This document shows positions 1 to 13,693 of a stretch of DNA of 64,000 nt, one piece after another. A program made the position numbers and the translations under genes. Origin of the DNA: Lama guanicoe (taxonomy: Eukaryota); the NCBI GenBank assembly GCA_013239625.1, contig MU053493.1, forward strand, positions 2,489,793 to 2,553,792, given 5' to 3'. The notes under the pieces were generated by a model, which worked only from the letters and a program-made list of their open reading frames with translations, was not told the DNA's origin and did no database searches. Within the stretch, counting starts at the first letter, position 1. Each line of letters starts with the position of its first letter.

Positions 1-564
1 TAAAGCATTTAAAGTCTTTTAGCATGGTTGTTTGAAAGAATTGATAAAATTAATAGGGAAAAAAATATGCCTCTATTGAGTTTCAGGGCTATTGTTCCCG
101 ATAGAAAAGAAAGTCCACTAAATATTCTTTCCACGCTAAAATGCAGAGACCCCTGTTGGGTTGGATACAGCCTGAAGCCCACTGGAAATCTATCTGCTTC
201 CGACGACGACGGGCAAAGAAATTTAATTTGGAATCTAATAAAGTGAAACATTTCTTTCAAGCTGCGGGCTTGCCTTGGGACTTAGAGTAACGCTGGGTCC
301 ATTTCCTGCAGCCCCGAAAGCTGGCGGGGGAGGGTCTCAGGGCAGGGCTTGGGGCTCTTCTGTGCACAATGCCTGGGGAATGCAAGGAATGCGCAGTGTT
401 GTTCTCTGTGTTCCTTCTCACTCACTGTTTATACTTGCATAAGTCACCTATATTTACTCCTCAGTTGAAGATGACTTTTCTATCATGATTTGAGGTATAA
501 ATTATAAAATAATCTCCAACATTCCTTGCAGCATTACTTCCCTACGTTCCCTCCCACACACAAC

Positions 565-1411
565 TTTTTTTTTTAACTGAAGTATGGTCAGTTGACAGTG
601 TTGTGTCAATTTCTGGTGTACAGAATAATGTTTCAGTCATACATAGGCATATATATATTCCTTTTCATATTCTTTTTATTATAGCTTGATACTGAATATA
701 GTTCTCTGTGCTATACAGAAGAAATTGTTTATCTATTTTGTATATAGTAGTTAGTATCTAAAAATCTTGAACTCCCAATTTATCCCTTCCCACCCTCTAC
801 CCCTCCACCCCTGGTAACCATAAGTTTGTTTTCTATGTCTGTTTCTGTTTTGTAAAAAAGTTCATTTGTGCCTTTTTTAGATTCCACATGTAAGTCATAT
901 CATTTGGCATTTTTCTTTCTCTTTCTGGGTTACTTCACTTAGAATGACAATCTCCAGGTCCATCCAAGTTGCTGCAAATGGCATTATTTTATTCTTTTTT
1001 TACAGCCGAGTAGTATTCCATTGTATAACTATACCACAACTTCTTTATCCAGTCATCTGTTGATGGACATATAGGTTGTTTCCATGTCTTGGTTATTGTA
1101 AATAGTGCTGCTATGAACATTGGGGTGCATGTATCTTCAAATTAGAGTTTTCTCTGGATATGTGACCAAGAGTGGGATTGCTGGATCATACGGTAAGTCT
1201 CTTTTTAGTCTTTTGTGGCATCTCCATACTGTTTCCATAATGGCTGCACCAAACTACATTCCCAGCAACAGTGTAGGAGGGTTCTCTTTTCTCCTCCACA
1301 CCCTCTCCAGCATTGATTGTTCATGGACTTCTGAATGATGGCCATTCTGACCATCTGTAACTCTGATTTGCATTTCTCTGATAATTAGTGATATTGAGCA
1401 TTTTTTCACGT
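565..1411 (-). mobile_element. 5'-truncated L1 (ORF2 C-terminus, 3' UTR and polyA)
   Basis: PolyT at 565, then the reverse complement of the L1 3' UTR and ORF2 end (ggctgcaccaaactacattccc...ccacaccctctccagcat); homologous to 7009-7863. Confidence 0.93.
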
Positions 1412-2404
1412 GCGAGGCCATCCTAGTAACTGTTCTCTCCTTGCAGAGAACTTGAAGGGATGCCTTCTACTACAACATGAGGCATGTGCTTGTTCTCTGT
1501 GCTTGATGCTGCACTAAACTCACAACAGGAAAAGTATATTGAACACCTTTTGAAAGAAAGTAATTTCACAAAGAGATGTCTCTCGTGTCTCAGTATCATT
1601 TTATAATAGAGCTGGAGAAACCTTAGAGAACATCTTATCTTGTTCAGTGGTCTCAGCCGATGCTCCCTAGACCATCCGGGGCTTCCAAAAACTGCTCAGC
1701 CCTACATCCAGGTTGGACAAATCTCAGAAGGCTGAGCCTAGACATCTATAATTTTAATAATCCTCTATTTGATTCTACAATAAATGTTAAGAACCTCTGT
1801 TTCCCTATGCCCTTTTCTAACAGAGAAACTCTAACCCAGGTGCATCCAAGACAGGAGTGGCAGAGCTGGGCAGAACTTAACCCAACAATCAAAATAGCTT
1901 ACTACTCCTCTGTAATTTACATTCACTAAACGCTAAACTCGACAAGGGAGAACAAACATTTATATCGTCTTCAGCTACTGCACTGTAACATCTTAGGCTG
2001 TTCTCGTTCATTCTTCTGCTCCACAGGTCTTCACTGAACGCCCACAGTACAGAAGGCATCACTGTCACAGCTGTGGGGGTGACAACTGTGCCCTCAAGGC
2101 GTTTACAGCTGAGCAGAGAGGAGACGTTTACAGCAGGAGCTGCAATTCAAGATGGCTTTCGATAAACGCAGTTGGAGTAGGCTAGTTAACTAAAGGATCC
2201 AGGGGTTCTAAGCAGCTCCTTAGTCACTTCTGGTTCAGGTGATCAAGAAAGACGTCACAAGGGAGGCCCTTCTGGCCCGGCAGGAACAGACAGCAAGGGT
2301 GGGAGAAGCTCCCTTACCCTTTGCGTGTACAGTCCGGCTTGAACACCAGGCTGGGACTACGGCCCCTCCAGTTTTGATAGGGAGCCCCAACCCTGACGAG
2401 GGTC

Positions 2405-2525
2405 TCACTCTCTTTCACAGATGGGAACCAAGGCTCAGAGGGGTCCCAGGCAACTCTCCTGGGGTCATAAGTGAGTGAGTGGCAGGCTCCAGGCTGGGGT
2501 CCAGGTCTCTTACCTCTCCAGCCCG
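2405..2525 (-). mobile_element. MIR-like SINE relic
   Basis: ttcacagatgggaaccaaggctcagagg...gagtggcagg...ccaggtct resembles the MIR core. Confidence 0.55.
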
Positions 2526-2833
2526 GGTTCCACCCCCTACAAAGTTCTCGTTAGGAATCCGGCTGCGAGGGAATGAGGGAACGCCTAAGATGGTATTCCC
2601 AGGGGAGAGGGACACCCAGAGCCTGCTTCTCAAGGCCGTGGGGAGGGGCTTCAGGCTTTGTTTCCTGCTCCCTGCCAGTAAAGGTCAGTAAATGTCAGTA
2701 AATGCTCCAGAAATGCTGAGGACAGGCAGCAGCTCTCTGCCCTTGTGTTTTTAAGTTTTAGAACAGTAACAACAGAAACTGGCAAACAATCAACTTTTCT
2801 TTCCTGCCGTGGGCCGGTAAATTTAAAGAAGAA

Positions 2834-3095
2834 GTGGGAGTTGGGGATTAATGGACACACATTACTGTTTATAAAATAAATAAACAAGGACCCACTGTGT
2901 AGCACAGGGAGCTACGGTCAATTTCTTATAATAACATATAACAGAAAAGAACGTGAAAAGAAAACCTATATGTGTATGTACTTGTATAACTGAATCACTG
3001 TGCTGTACACCTGAAACTAACATTGTAAATCAACTATACTTCAGTTAAAAATTGAAAAGAAAAGAAAAGAAAAGAAAAGAAAAGAAAAGAAAAGA
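2834..3095 (+). mobile_element. L1 3' UTR fragment with a (GAAAA)n microsatellite tail (3054-3095)
   Basis: tgtagcacagggagct...tgctgtacacctgaaactaacattgtaaatcaactatacttc, followed by (gaaaa)n. Confidence 0.88.
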
Positions 3096-3716
3096 AGTAG
3101 GAGGCAAACAGAAGACTGACTTAGAATTGTCAACCTTTTATTTTGCCACCTAAGAATATTTGGGGGAAAAAAGAATTTTATATAAAATAGGAAAGCTACC
3201 ATTTTAATAAAGAACAATTCTTTAAGTAGAATAAATTCAGATTATGAAAAATATATTTTACCTTTTATTTTTTTCCTACTTTTAAAATTTCGCCTTGGAC
3301 TAGGAAAAACCACATCAGGTGGCCCCATCTGCAGGACTTAGAAACGACTTCAGGCTGAGAAGTGCAAACTATTCTGAGACTCACAGAAGCTGGGAAAGGA
3401 GGCTTGTGAAGAGCATGGCAAAGAGCAGAAACATCTGGGAGTTTTTCAGGACAACAATACAAATTCCTCTCGACAATTTCGGATCTGAAAACCCTCGTTA
3501 TCTGTAATCCAGGGGACGATTGCTCTGTAAGCCAGAAGAACCTGGCTGGATGAGGGGTCAGCTGTAAATGAGTTTAAACATCACAGTGTAGGAAAATCAG
3601 GTTATGTCAAAACATATTGTTTAACAAAGTTCCTATGCAGTGTCTCCACAAGGCTTAAAGCATATCATGTCATCACCATTCCCCATTGTATTCCTATTAA
3701 TTTAAAATTTTACTAT

Positions 3717-6620
3717 TCTGAAATTATATCAAGCATTTTTTTCCCCTAACCACAATGTAACTATAAATCAATTACAGGCAGGAAAATGGGAAAAACACAA
3801 AGGTGGAGATGGAACAACACACTGCTAAGAAAACAACAGGTCAATGAAGAAATCGAAGAGGAATTCAGAAAATACCTCACAAGTGAAAATAAAAAACAAC
3901 TTTCCAAAATCTCTGAGACTCAGCAAAAGCAGTTCTAAGAGAGGTTTACAATGTTTCAGGCCTACCTTGAGAAACAGGAAATGTCTCAACCTAAACTACC
4001 ATCTAAAGAAATTAGAAAAAGAAGGACAAACAAAGTTGCAAGTCAGCAGATGGAAGGAAATAATAAAGATCAGTGAGGAAATAAATGAAACCAAAAATCC
4101 CCCAAAAAACCCAATAGATAAGATCAGTGAAACCAAAAGCTGTTTTATAAAAAAGATAGACAAAATTTATAAGTCTTTATCTAGGCTCACAAATTAAAAA
4201 AAAAAAAAAGAGGACCCAAATAAACAAAATAAGAAATGAAAGAGGAGAAATTACAACTGATGTCACACAGATACAAAAAATCATAAAAGAATACTGCAAA
4301 CAGTTGTATGCAAAAAATTGGATAACCTATACAAAATGGATAAATTTCTAGAAAAATGCAATCTTCAAATACTGACTCTGGAAGAAACAGACAACCTGAA
4401 CAGACTGTCACTAATACTGAAATTGAATTAGTAATCAAAAATTTCTCAGCAAACTAAAGTACAGACTGGATGGCTTCACAGGGGAATTCTATCAAACATA
4501 TAAAACTGAACTAATATGTATCCTTCTCAAACTATTCCAAAACATGGAAAAGGAGGGAACATTCCTAAATTCATCCTGTGAGGCCACCATTACCCTCATA
4601 TCAAAACCAGACAAAGATACTATAACAAAGAAAAGAAAAGAAAAGAAAAGAAGAGAAAAGAAAAGAAAAAAGAGACAGGCCAATATCTCTGATTAATAAA
4701 GACGCAAAACTCCTCAACAAAATATTAACAAACTGAATTCCACAATATATAAAAAGGATCATACACCATGATCAAATTAGATTTATTCCAGGGATGCAAG
4801 GATGGTTCAAAATATGCAAATAAACCAATGTGATACACCACATTAACAAAAGGAAAGATAAAAGCTATGTGATCATATCAATAGATACAGAAAGAGCATC
4901 TGACAAAATTCAATATCCATTGATGACTAAAAACTTTCATTAAAGTTGGTATAGAGGGAATATACTCAATATAATAAAGGCCATTTTTGGAAATCCCACA
5001 GCTAACATTACACTTAGTGATGAAAAGCTGAAAGCTTATCCTATAAAATCAGGAACAAGATAAGGGTTCCTATTATTGCCACTTGATTTCACATACTTTT
5101 GGAAGTCTTAGTCACAGCAATCAGACAAGGGAAAAAAAAAAGATATCCAAATTGGAAGGGAGGAAGTAAAACTCACTATTTACAGATAATATGATACTAT
5201 ATATAGAAAACCCTAAAGTCTTCATCAAGAAACTATTAGAATAAATGAATTCAATACAGTTGCAGAATATAAGATTAATATACAAAAATCTGTTGCTTTT
5301 TAAACTAATAATGAACTATCAGAAAGACAAAGCAAGAAAAACAATCCCACTTAAAACTGCATGAAAAAGAATAAAATATCTAGGGACAAACTTAACCAAA
5401 GACGTGAAAGACCTATAGTCTGAAAACTGATGGAGGAAACTGAAGATGATACAAATAAATGAAAATGTATCCTGGGTTCAAAAACTGGAAGAATTAATAC
5501 TGTGAAAACGGCCATACTACCCAAAGCAATCTACAGATTTAATGTGATCCCTGATCCCTATCAGGTCATTTTTCACAGAACTAGAACAAGTGATCCCAAA
5601 ATGTATATGGAACCACAAAAGACCCCAAATACCTAAAACAATCTTGAGAAAAAAGAACAACACTGGAGAAATCACTTTCCCAGACTTCAGACTATACTAT
5701 TAAGCTACAATAATCAAAACAGTATGGTACCAGCACAAAAGCACACACATAGATCAATGGAACAGAACAGAGAAATAAACCCACACACCTACAATTAATT
5801 AATCTATGACAAAGGATGCAAGAATATATAATGGGGAAAAGACAGTCTCTTCAATAAGTGGTTCTGGAAAAACTGGACATCTACACATAAAAAAATGAAA
5901 TTAGAACATTTTCTCACACCTTATACAAAAATATAACTCAAAATGGAATGATTAAAGACCTAAATGTAAGACTGAAGATAAAACTCCTAGGGGAAAACAC
6001 AGGCAGAACCCTCTTTGACATAAATCATAGTAGTATTTTTTTGGATCTGTCTCCTAAGGAAAAGAAAACAAAAGCAAAAATAAACAAATGGCACCTAACT
6101 AAATTTAAAAGCTTTTGCACAGAAAATTAAACCACTGATAAAACAAAGAGATAATCTACTGAATGGGAGAAAATATTTGCAAATGATATGACTGATAAAG
6201 GGTTAATATCCAAAATAAATAGTTCATACAACTCAATATTAAAAAATTTTTTTAAATGGGCAGAAGACCTGAATAGACATTTTTCCAAAAATGACATACA
6301 GATGGCCAACAGGCATATGAAAAGATGCTCAATATTGCTAGTCATCAGAAAATGCAAATTAAAACCACAATGAGGTATCACTTCACACCTGTCAGAATGG
6401 CCAACATCAAAAAGACCACAAATAACAAGTGTTGATGAGGATATGGAGAAAAGGGAACTGTTGTGAACTGTTGGTAGGAATGTAAACTGGTGCAGCCACT
6501 ATGGAAAACATTATGGAGTTTCCATAAAAAACTAATGAGAGATATCATACAATCCAGCAATTCCACTACTGGGCATACATCTGAAGAAAAGAAAACACTG
6601 ATTTGAAAAGATACATGCAC
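3717..6620 (+). mobile_element. Older degraded L1 ORF2 (frameshifted), 5' part; interrupted by a younger L1
   Basis: Continuous L1 ORF2-like sequence; ORF fragments such as [26 protein letters not shown] and IKDLNVR...GRTLFDINHS; many stops and frameshifts. Confidence 0.93.
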
Positions 6621-7988
6621 AGCATGTAAAGCAATGAAGCTAGAACACTCCCTTACACCATACACAAAAATAAACTCAAAATGGATCAAAGACTTAAGCA
6701 TAAGACAAGATACAATAAACCTCTCAGAAGAAAATATAGGCAAAACATTATCTCACTTACATCTCAAAAACGTTCTCCTAGGGCAGTCTACCCAAGCAAT
6801 AGAAATAAAAGCAAGAATAAACAAATGGGACTTAATGAAACTTACAAGCTTCTGCACAGCAAAGGAAACCATAAGTAAAACACAACGACAACCCATGGAA
6901 TGGGAGAAAATTTTTGCAAATGAAACCAACAAAGGCTTGATCCCCAGAATATACAAGCAGCTCATATGACTTCACAAGAAAAAAACAAACAACCCAATCC
7001 AAAAATGGGTGGAAGACCTAAACAAGCAATTCTCCAAGGAAGAAATACAAATGATCAATAGGCACATGAAAAAATGCTCAATATCACTAATCATCAGAGA
7101 AGTGCAAATCAAAACTACAATGAGGTATCACCTCACACCAGCCAGAATGGCTATCATTCAAAAGTCCACAAATGACAAATGCTGGAGAGGCTGTGGAGAA
7201 AAGGGAACCCTCCTACACTGCTGGTGGGAATGCAGTTTGGTGCAGCCACTGTGGAAAACAGTATGGAGATTCCTCAAAAGACTAGGAATAGACTTACCAT
7301 ATGACCCAGGAATCCCACTCCTGGGCTTGTATCCAGAAGGAAATCTACTTCAGGATGACACCTGCACCCCAATGTTCATAGCAGCACTATTTACAATAGC
7401 CAAGACATGGAAACAGCCTAAATGTCCATCAACAGATGACTGGATAAAGAAGAAGTGGTATATATATACAATGGGATACTATTCAGCCATAAAAACGACA
7501 ACATAACGCCATTTGCAGCAACATGGATGCCCCTGGAGAATGTCATTCTAAGTGAAGTAAGCCAGAAGAAGAAAGAAAAATACTATATGAGATTGCTCAT
7601 ATGTGGAATCTAAAAAGAAAAAAAAAAGAACATAAATACAAAACAGAAACAGACTCACAGACATAGAATACAAACTTGTGGTTGCCAAAGGGGCAGGGGG
7701 TGGGAAGAGGCAGACTGGGATTTCAAAATTTGTAGATACTGACAGGCATATGCAGAATAGATAAACAAGATTATACTGTATAGCACAGGGAAATATATAC
7801 AAGATCTTGTGGTAGCTCACAGCAAAAACAAAATGTGATAATGAATATATGTATGTTCATGTANNNNNNNNNNNNNNNNNNNNNNNNNNNNNNNNNNNNN
7901 NNNNNNNNNNNNNNNNNNNNNNNNNNNNNNNNNNNNNNNNNNNNNNNNNNNNNNNNNNNNNNNNNNNNNNNNNAAAAAAAAAAAAAAA
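6621..7988 (+). mobile_element. Younger 5'-truncated L1 nested in the older L1; its 3' end spans the assembly gap
   Basis: ORFs 6634-6969 and 7009-7506 are the L1 ORF2 C-terminus including the zinc knuckle [18 protein letters not shown]; 3' UTR from 7507; polyA after the gap. Confidence 0.93.
7864..7973. other. Assembly gap (110 N)
   Basis: Run of N. Confidence 1.
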
Positions 7989-8595
7989 GATATACACACA
8001 CAATGTTCACAGCACTATTTACAATAGCCAAGATATGAAAGCAACCTAAATGTCCACCAACAGATGAATGGATAATGAAGATGTGGGAGATAGATATATA
8101 TATAAAGATGTATATTCTATTATATTTATATATATAATGGAATATTACTCAGCCACAAAAAAGAATGAAATTTGGTCATTTGCAACAACACGGAGGGACT
8201 TGGAGAGTATTGTGCTTGGTGAAATAAGCACAAATACTGTATGATATCACTTATATGTGGAATCTAAAAAAAATAAAACAAACTGGTGAATATAACCAAA
8301 CAGAAACAAACTCACAGATATAGAGAACAAGCTAGTGGTTACCAGTGAAAAGGGAAGTGGGGAGGGGCAAGATAGGAGTAGGGGATTAAGAGGTACAGAT
8401 AACTGTGTATAAAGTAAATAAGCTACAATGATAGATTGTACAACACAGGGAGTATAATATTTTTATTATGTTTTATTATGTAGCCAATATTTTATAATAA
8501 CTTTAAATGGAGTATAATCTATAAATATATTAAATCACTGCATTGTACACCTGAAACTATAATATTGTAAACAACTATACTTCAATAAAAATAAT
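7985..8595 (+). mobile_element. 3' remainder of the older L1 (ORF2 end and 3' UTR)
   Basis: Resumes at aaaagata...caatgttcacagcactatttacaatagcc, the consensus position where 3717-6620 broke off; ends tatacttcaataaaa. Confidence 0.9.
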
Positions 8596-8639
8596 ACTGA
8601 AATAAAATTTTACTATTTTACCATTAAAATTTTTTATTT

Positions 8640-8711
8640 TTATTTATTTTTTTAAATGGAGGTAATGGGAATCGAACCAAGTACCCAACTGAGCTATACC
8701 CCTGCCTCCCC
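8640..8711 (-). mobile_element. tRNA-derived (vic-1-like) SINE, internally deleted
   Basis: ggaggtaatgggaatcgaacc...ctgagctatacccc; aaattttttattt-like duplication on both flanks. Confidence 0.8.
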
Positions 8712-8989
8712 AAATTTTTTTATTTAAAAAAAAATTTCAAGAAATCAGTCAAATGCCAAAAGACATGAGACAGAACAATAACTTAAATATTAGAGGAAGA
8801 TAATGAAATATTTGCTTTGGATGATGTGTTCCTAGGAATCAAAAAGGAAACTATGAGATTTAATTTAAAAGTGAGTGAGTACAAGAAACACAAAATGAAA
8901 ATACGGGTATCATCAGTCTGAAAACGCGATGGAAAAAAAGGATCAAAACACAATCTATGAAATAAACAGTAATAACCATAATGAGACAT

Positions 8990-9900
8990 GAGTGTGACCT
9001 ATTTAAAGAAAATAGTAAAGTTTTGTGAGAAATAAAATAAAACTTGAGTAAATGCACGGTCCATGCCATGTGCTTGATTAAGAAGACGAAACATTTTTAA
9101 ATGACCAATTTTTCACAAAATATTTTATAAATTCAGTGTAAAGTATTCCAAAGTTCATCTGAAAGAACAAACAGGCAAGAATTACATAGAACGTTTGCAG
9201 AAGAAGGATCCTGCAGGGGGTTTGCCCTATCAGACACTGTATTATTTACACAGTGTGGCTCTGGCAGAAATACAGAGAAACAGAATCACGGACCAGAGAC
9301 AACCCAGAAAAAAAAACCCTCCTCATATTAAAAAGATACCAGAAATCAATGAAGTAACATTGGGGAAGGACTGAGCCAACTGGCTAGCAGTTCAAAATGG
9401 AAAAAAAGGGCCCCTCATCCAGTTCAATCTACTGAAATAAATTTCACATGAATTAAGAGAGTTTAATAACAAAATTTTTTAAGGTAGAAAAACATACTGG
9501 ATATTTAAAACTCTTCTGGAAAAGAAACACCAAACTGAAAAAGATATTTGTAGTTAACAAATGATCATAGCTTTCCAATCAACAGAGCTGTAACAACCGT
9601 ATTCGATTTGCCAGCAGCCGGTAAACTAGTACAAACTTTGGGGAAGGCCTTTTGGCAACATAAATAATTGGAATCTTCAATGTATTTGTACCCCTGACCC
9701 AGTAATTCCACTTCTGGGAATCCAGCCTAAGGAAACAATCACATATAATAAATAATCTCTATCCACAAAGATGCTCATCACAGTGAAAACAATTGGAGAC
9801 CATCTAAAAATGCATTAAAGAACAATTAATTAAACTGTGCAGTTTTAAAATGATGCTTAGAAACAGTGTGGAATAATGTTTACATTCTATAATGTTAAAG
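8990..9900 (+). mobile_element. Ancient L1 ORF2/3' relic
   Basis: Degenerate L1 motifs (ccagtaattccacttctgggaatc...cctaaggaaacaatc). Confidence 0.5.
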
Positions 9901-10115
9901 GAAGAAAACCAAGATAATAATTGGACATTCAATGAGAAATAACATTTTAAAAAAATCTAGATGTATGCATAAAACATTAAAATATTTCATTAAAATATTA
10001 AAACACTATATACCCATTATATGTTACATATATATAATACGTACACTCATTATCTGCTTAATGCCATTAATTTGTTCAAAAACAGGGTGTAAGGCCAAGA
10101 GGCATTCAGGTAGTA

Positions 10116-10277
10116 TAGACATCCCCCAGATTTACCAGGGTTCAACTTGCAATTTTTTGACTTCACAATGATGCGAAAGCTATGTGCATTCAGTAGAAAC
10201 TGTACTGAGAGTTGTGAATTTTAATCTTTTCCAGGTCTAACAATTTGCAGTGCCACCCTGTCTCATGATGCTAGACG
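10116..10277. mobile_element. TcMar-Tigger DNA transposon relic (MER47/Tigger5-like)
   Basis: gttcaacttgcaatttttgacttcacaatgatgcgaaagctatgtgcattcagtagaaactgtact matches the recalled MER47 terminus. Confidence 0.65.
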
Positions 10278-10820
10278 GTATTTGTCTTTCTCTGTCTTAC
10301 TTTCACTTAGTATGATAATCTCTAGGTCCATTCATGTTGCTGCAAATGGTAATATTTCATTCTTTTTATGGCTGAGTAGTATTCCATTGTATATTAACAC
10401 TGCATTTTCTTTATCCAGTCATCTGTCGATGGACACTTAGGCTGCTTCCATGTCTTGGCTATTGTAAATAGTGCTGCTGTGAACACTGGGGTACACATAT
10501 CTTTTCAAAATTAGAGTTTTTGTATTTTCTGGATATATGCCCAGGAGTGGGATTATTGGATCATATGGTAAATCTATTTTTAGTTTTTAAAGAAATATCC
10601 ATACTGTTTTCCATAGTGGCTGCACCAAATTACATTCCCACCAATAGTGTAGGAGGGTTCCCTTTTCTCCACACCCTCTCCAGCATTTATCATTTGTAGA
10701 CTTTTTAATGATGGTCATTTTGACAGTTGTGAGGTGATACCTCATTATAGTTTTGATTTACATTTCTCTGATACTTAGCAATATAAAGCATCTTTTCATG
10801 TGCCTGCTGGCCATCTGGAT
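10278..10820 (-). mobile_element. L1 ORF2-end/3' UTR fragment
   Basis: Homologous to 900-1411 and to the reverse complement of 7060-7600. Confidence 0.92.
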
Positions 10821-12917
10821 GGGTTTGACCATTCTTGCTTTCACAGTCTTAACTTGGTTCAGTCATCTCCAGCCAGCAGCAAACCTCTGCATCCCAGACC
10901 TCCAGAGCAAATCTCGGCAGAAGTGCAGCTGCCTGAGGAGGGGTCCCTAACCCATACTTTTTTCATAGAGTCCAAGAGCCACAGAAGCCTCTGGCACATT
11001 CTAACCCTCGTCAGTGAACAAGTGTCACTTTTAATAACATTTCTCAATTGGTTACATGTCTGTTTAGTGGTCAATCATGATTCAGATCTTTTTATACTGC
11101 TCACATATTAAGTACCAGCCTATGATTCCGTATTTCATTTGATTTTTCTTAGTAGCATGAAATAAAAGGATTACACACATTTTAAATAATATGGAAAAAT
11201 AAGCCATGAATTTCCATATTAACCCTCGAGGTCATATCATCAACCCCCAAAACAACTCTGCTTCCAAAAATTGGAAGATAAATAGGAAAAAAAATCCAGA
11301 TAGTAAATGAAATTATTAAAAAGTCACATTTGGTTCTTTAATTAAATCATGGAGATCTTTGAAATTTTACATTGTGAGAAAATCGGAAAAATGGCCTTTT
11401 TACTGAGACAAATGCACCGTTGGATTTTTTTCCCCCTTGCTGGTTAACTGAAAGTTAGAGATTCAACTGCTTGAGAAAATATAAGTTAATATTCAGTGTC
11501 ATTAGCTTGTGTTTTGTCCTAACAGACTACAAATGGTAACAGAAATTCATAAACTAAGGATAAAACAAACTCAGTTAATTATACAGAAAACAATCAAGGG
11601 TCAGGCTTCATTTTAAAAAGAACCTTTCTAGAATGTTAAAAGGTCCATGTTATCTCAATTTAAAAAAATGTTTCTCATAAAAATAGATTTTAAAAATAAA
11701 ATAAAGAAAAGAAACTTTCTATCCAGTCACGACATTCAGGCAGGTTTTTGGCAGGCCCACATGCAAAAGCCTTTTTAAAAATGACCAGGAAAAAAGAAAT
11801 TCTTCTTCACTGATGCTCCCTTTTTGCAGTGAACCAGTTGTCAAGACAGAACTCCTTTACTCAATAAAGTGCACTGAAGTACCATGCGCCTGGCCCTTAG
11901 TTTGAGCCAAAGGAAACTGATAAGAATTAAGAGTGTGGAAACCAACAATTAAGCAAGTTAGCATCAGTTAAATGCCATTCATGTAATAGTTTCTTCCATG
12001 ATCAAACGTGCTTCTCATACGTGTATTATTTATCTAGAAAGATCTCGACATTTGGTGAAACAGCAGATAAAGATGAAAGCCTTACTCACTGAGAAAGGAT
12101 TCAGTGTTGTTCAGTCTTACGTGTTAATCTTTCCAAGTTTCAAGATATTAAAAAACTCAGAAAATTTCCCTTCGCCGTCCTCCAGATATTTGTCCTTTCT
12201 TTTTCAGAAATCGAGGTGGAACTTTCGTGAAAAGCAGCAATCTAGGCAGATCATTGCAGTGGGACATTCCTTTGTGGGAATTTAACTTAAAAAAAAATCC
12301 AAATAAAGACATGTGCTGGCAGTGGGCAACTTGAAGATGAAATACCACACTCAAACACAAGGAGCCGCAAAGCCTGGACACAGGAGTGCGGGATGGGGCT
12401 GGGGGTGTGTCTGCGGGGAGCCCCACTTGTTATCAGTTCTTTGACCTATTCGAGCTGGGTCTGAAGCCTGAAGTAACCAGAGCGGATTTCTGCAGAGCTG
12501 AACTCCTGGAGGCTTCAGTCCCTGAAGTCCTGGAGCAGCAAATGTGTCTGGACACGTGGGAGGAAGGGAGGCTTCGGGCAGAGCACAAGCAAAGGCAGTG
12601 GAGGAGGCTGCAGATTCTGGGCCACTAGCAGGGCTCACGCAGGCTTTTGTCTGTGAGCAGGAGGGTGACAGGATCTGATTTACATCTGAAAAGGACTATG
12701 CCAGCTGAGATCAAACTGGGTGGAGTCAGGGAAACCATACAAGGCTCCTGCAAGCACCCCTGTGAGAGACAGGATGGCTTGCGGCCAGGCAGGCAGGAGA
12801 GGAGGCAGCGAGAAGGGATTAGATCTGGGATATGATTAGAGGAGAAGATGCAAGATGTAAGAGGAAGACTAAGTTACATCTCTACCTCTTCTCATAAATA
12901 CAAATACATTCCAGATT

Positions 12918-13480
12918 TGAGACAGGAGGGAAGGGGACAGGGCATGGCCAATCAAGGAATGAACAGCAATTAACACCAAGATGGTGGGAGATTCAACTCC
13001 CAGTAGACCTTTAGGTCCAAGATGGCTGGAGATTTGATTTCCAGTAGACCTTGACCTTGAGCTTCATTATACGCTCATTGTAATATATGAGCACGGTAAA
13101 TGGTACTCCCACCGGTGGCGTGACAGTTCTCAGGCTGGCCATATTAGGTCAAAAAGTGCGCAGTGGCTCAATTCCTGGGAATCACTGCCCCTTCCCCAAA
13201 GTAGCTGGAATAATCCTCCCACTTGTTAGCATATGAAGTTACCAAGCGCATAAAAACTAGCAACCTCACACCTTGTGGCCGCTCTCCCTTCTGAGTGAGA
13301 TGACCTACGCCCTGTCTATGGAGTGTGTATCTCTCTGAGTAAATCTTTTACTCAACTGTGGCTTGCTCTTGAATTCTTTCCGGCACAAAGCCAAGGACCC
13401 TCACTTGATGGGGTGCATCCCAGGGGCTCAATTGAAACTTGGGACACAACCATCCTCTCATCCCACATTTTCCTGTATCA
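12918..13480 (+). mobile_element. Complete solo ERV1 LTR, MER41-like (563 bp)
   Basis: TGAGACAGGA...TCCTGTATCA termini; 4-bp TSD GATT (12914-12917 and 13481-13484); TATA-like cataaaaa; polyA-like agtaaa; the block aattcctgggaat...gaataatcc...cttgttagcatat...cataaaaactagcaacc parallels the recalled MER41 consensus. Confidence 0.88.
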
Positions 13481-13693
13481 GATTGTTTGATGAGTTAAGA
13501 TAAACTATTGAATTGAAAACCAGGTAAGGACTACAGACATTTTACAAAACAAGAAATAACAGAAATGACCATATTGAAAGATTTCAGTATCACTAGTAAT
13601 GCAAACTGCATTGTATAAATGCAAATTAAAACAAAAAGAGGATGCTTTTTCCCCCCTCACTGATTAGGAAAGAAATTTTAAGATAATTGTAGT

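Noticed and set aside
3262..3501. Minus-strand exon-like unit
   Set aside because: Weak polypyrimidine tract and stops in all three frames.
7009..7506. 165-aa ORF as a functional gene
   Set aside because: It is the L1 ORF2 C-terminus in a 5'-truncated copy with an upstream stop.
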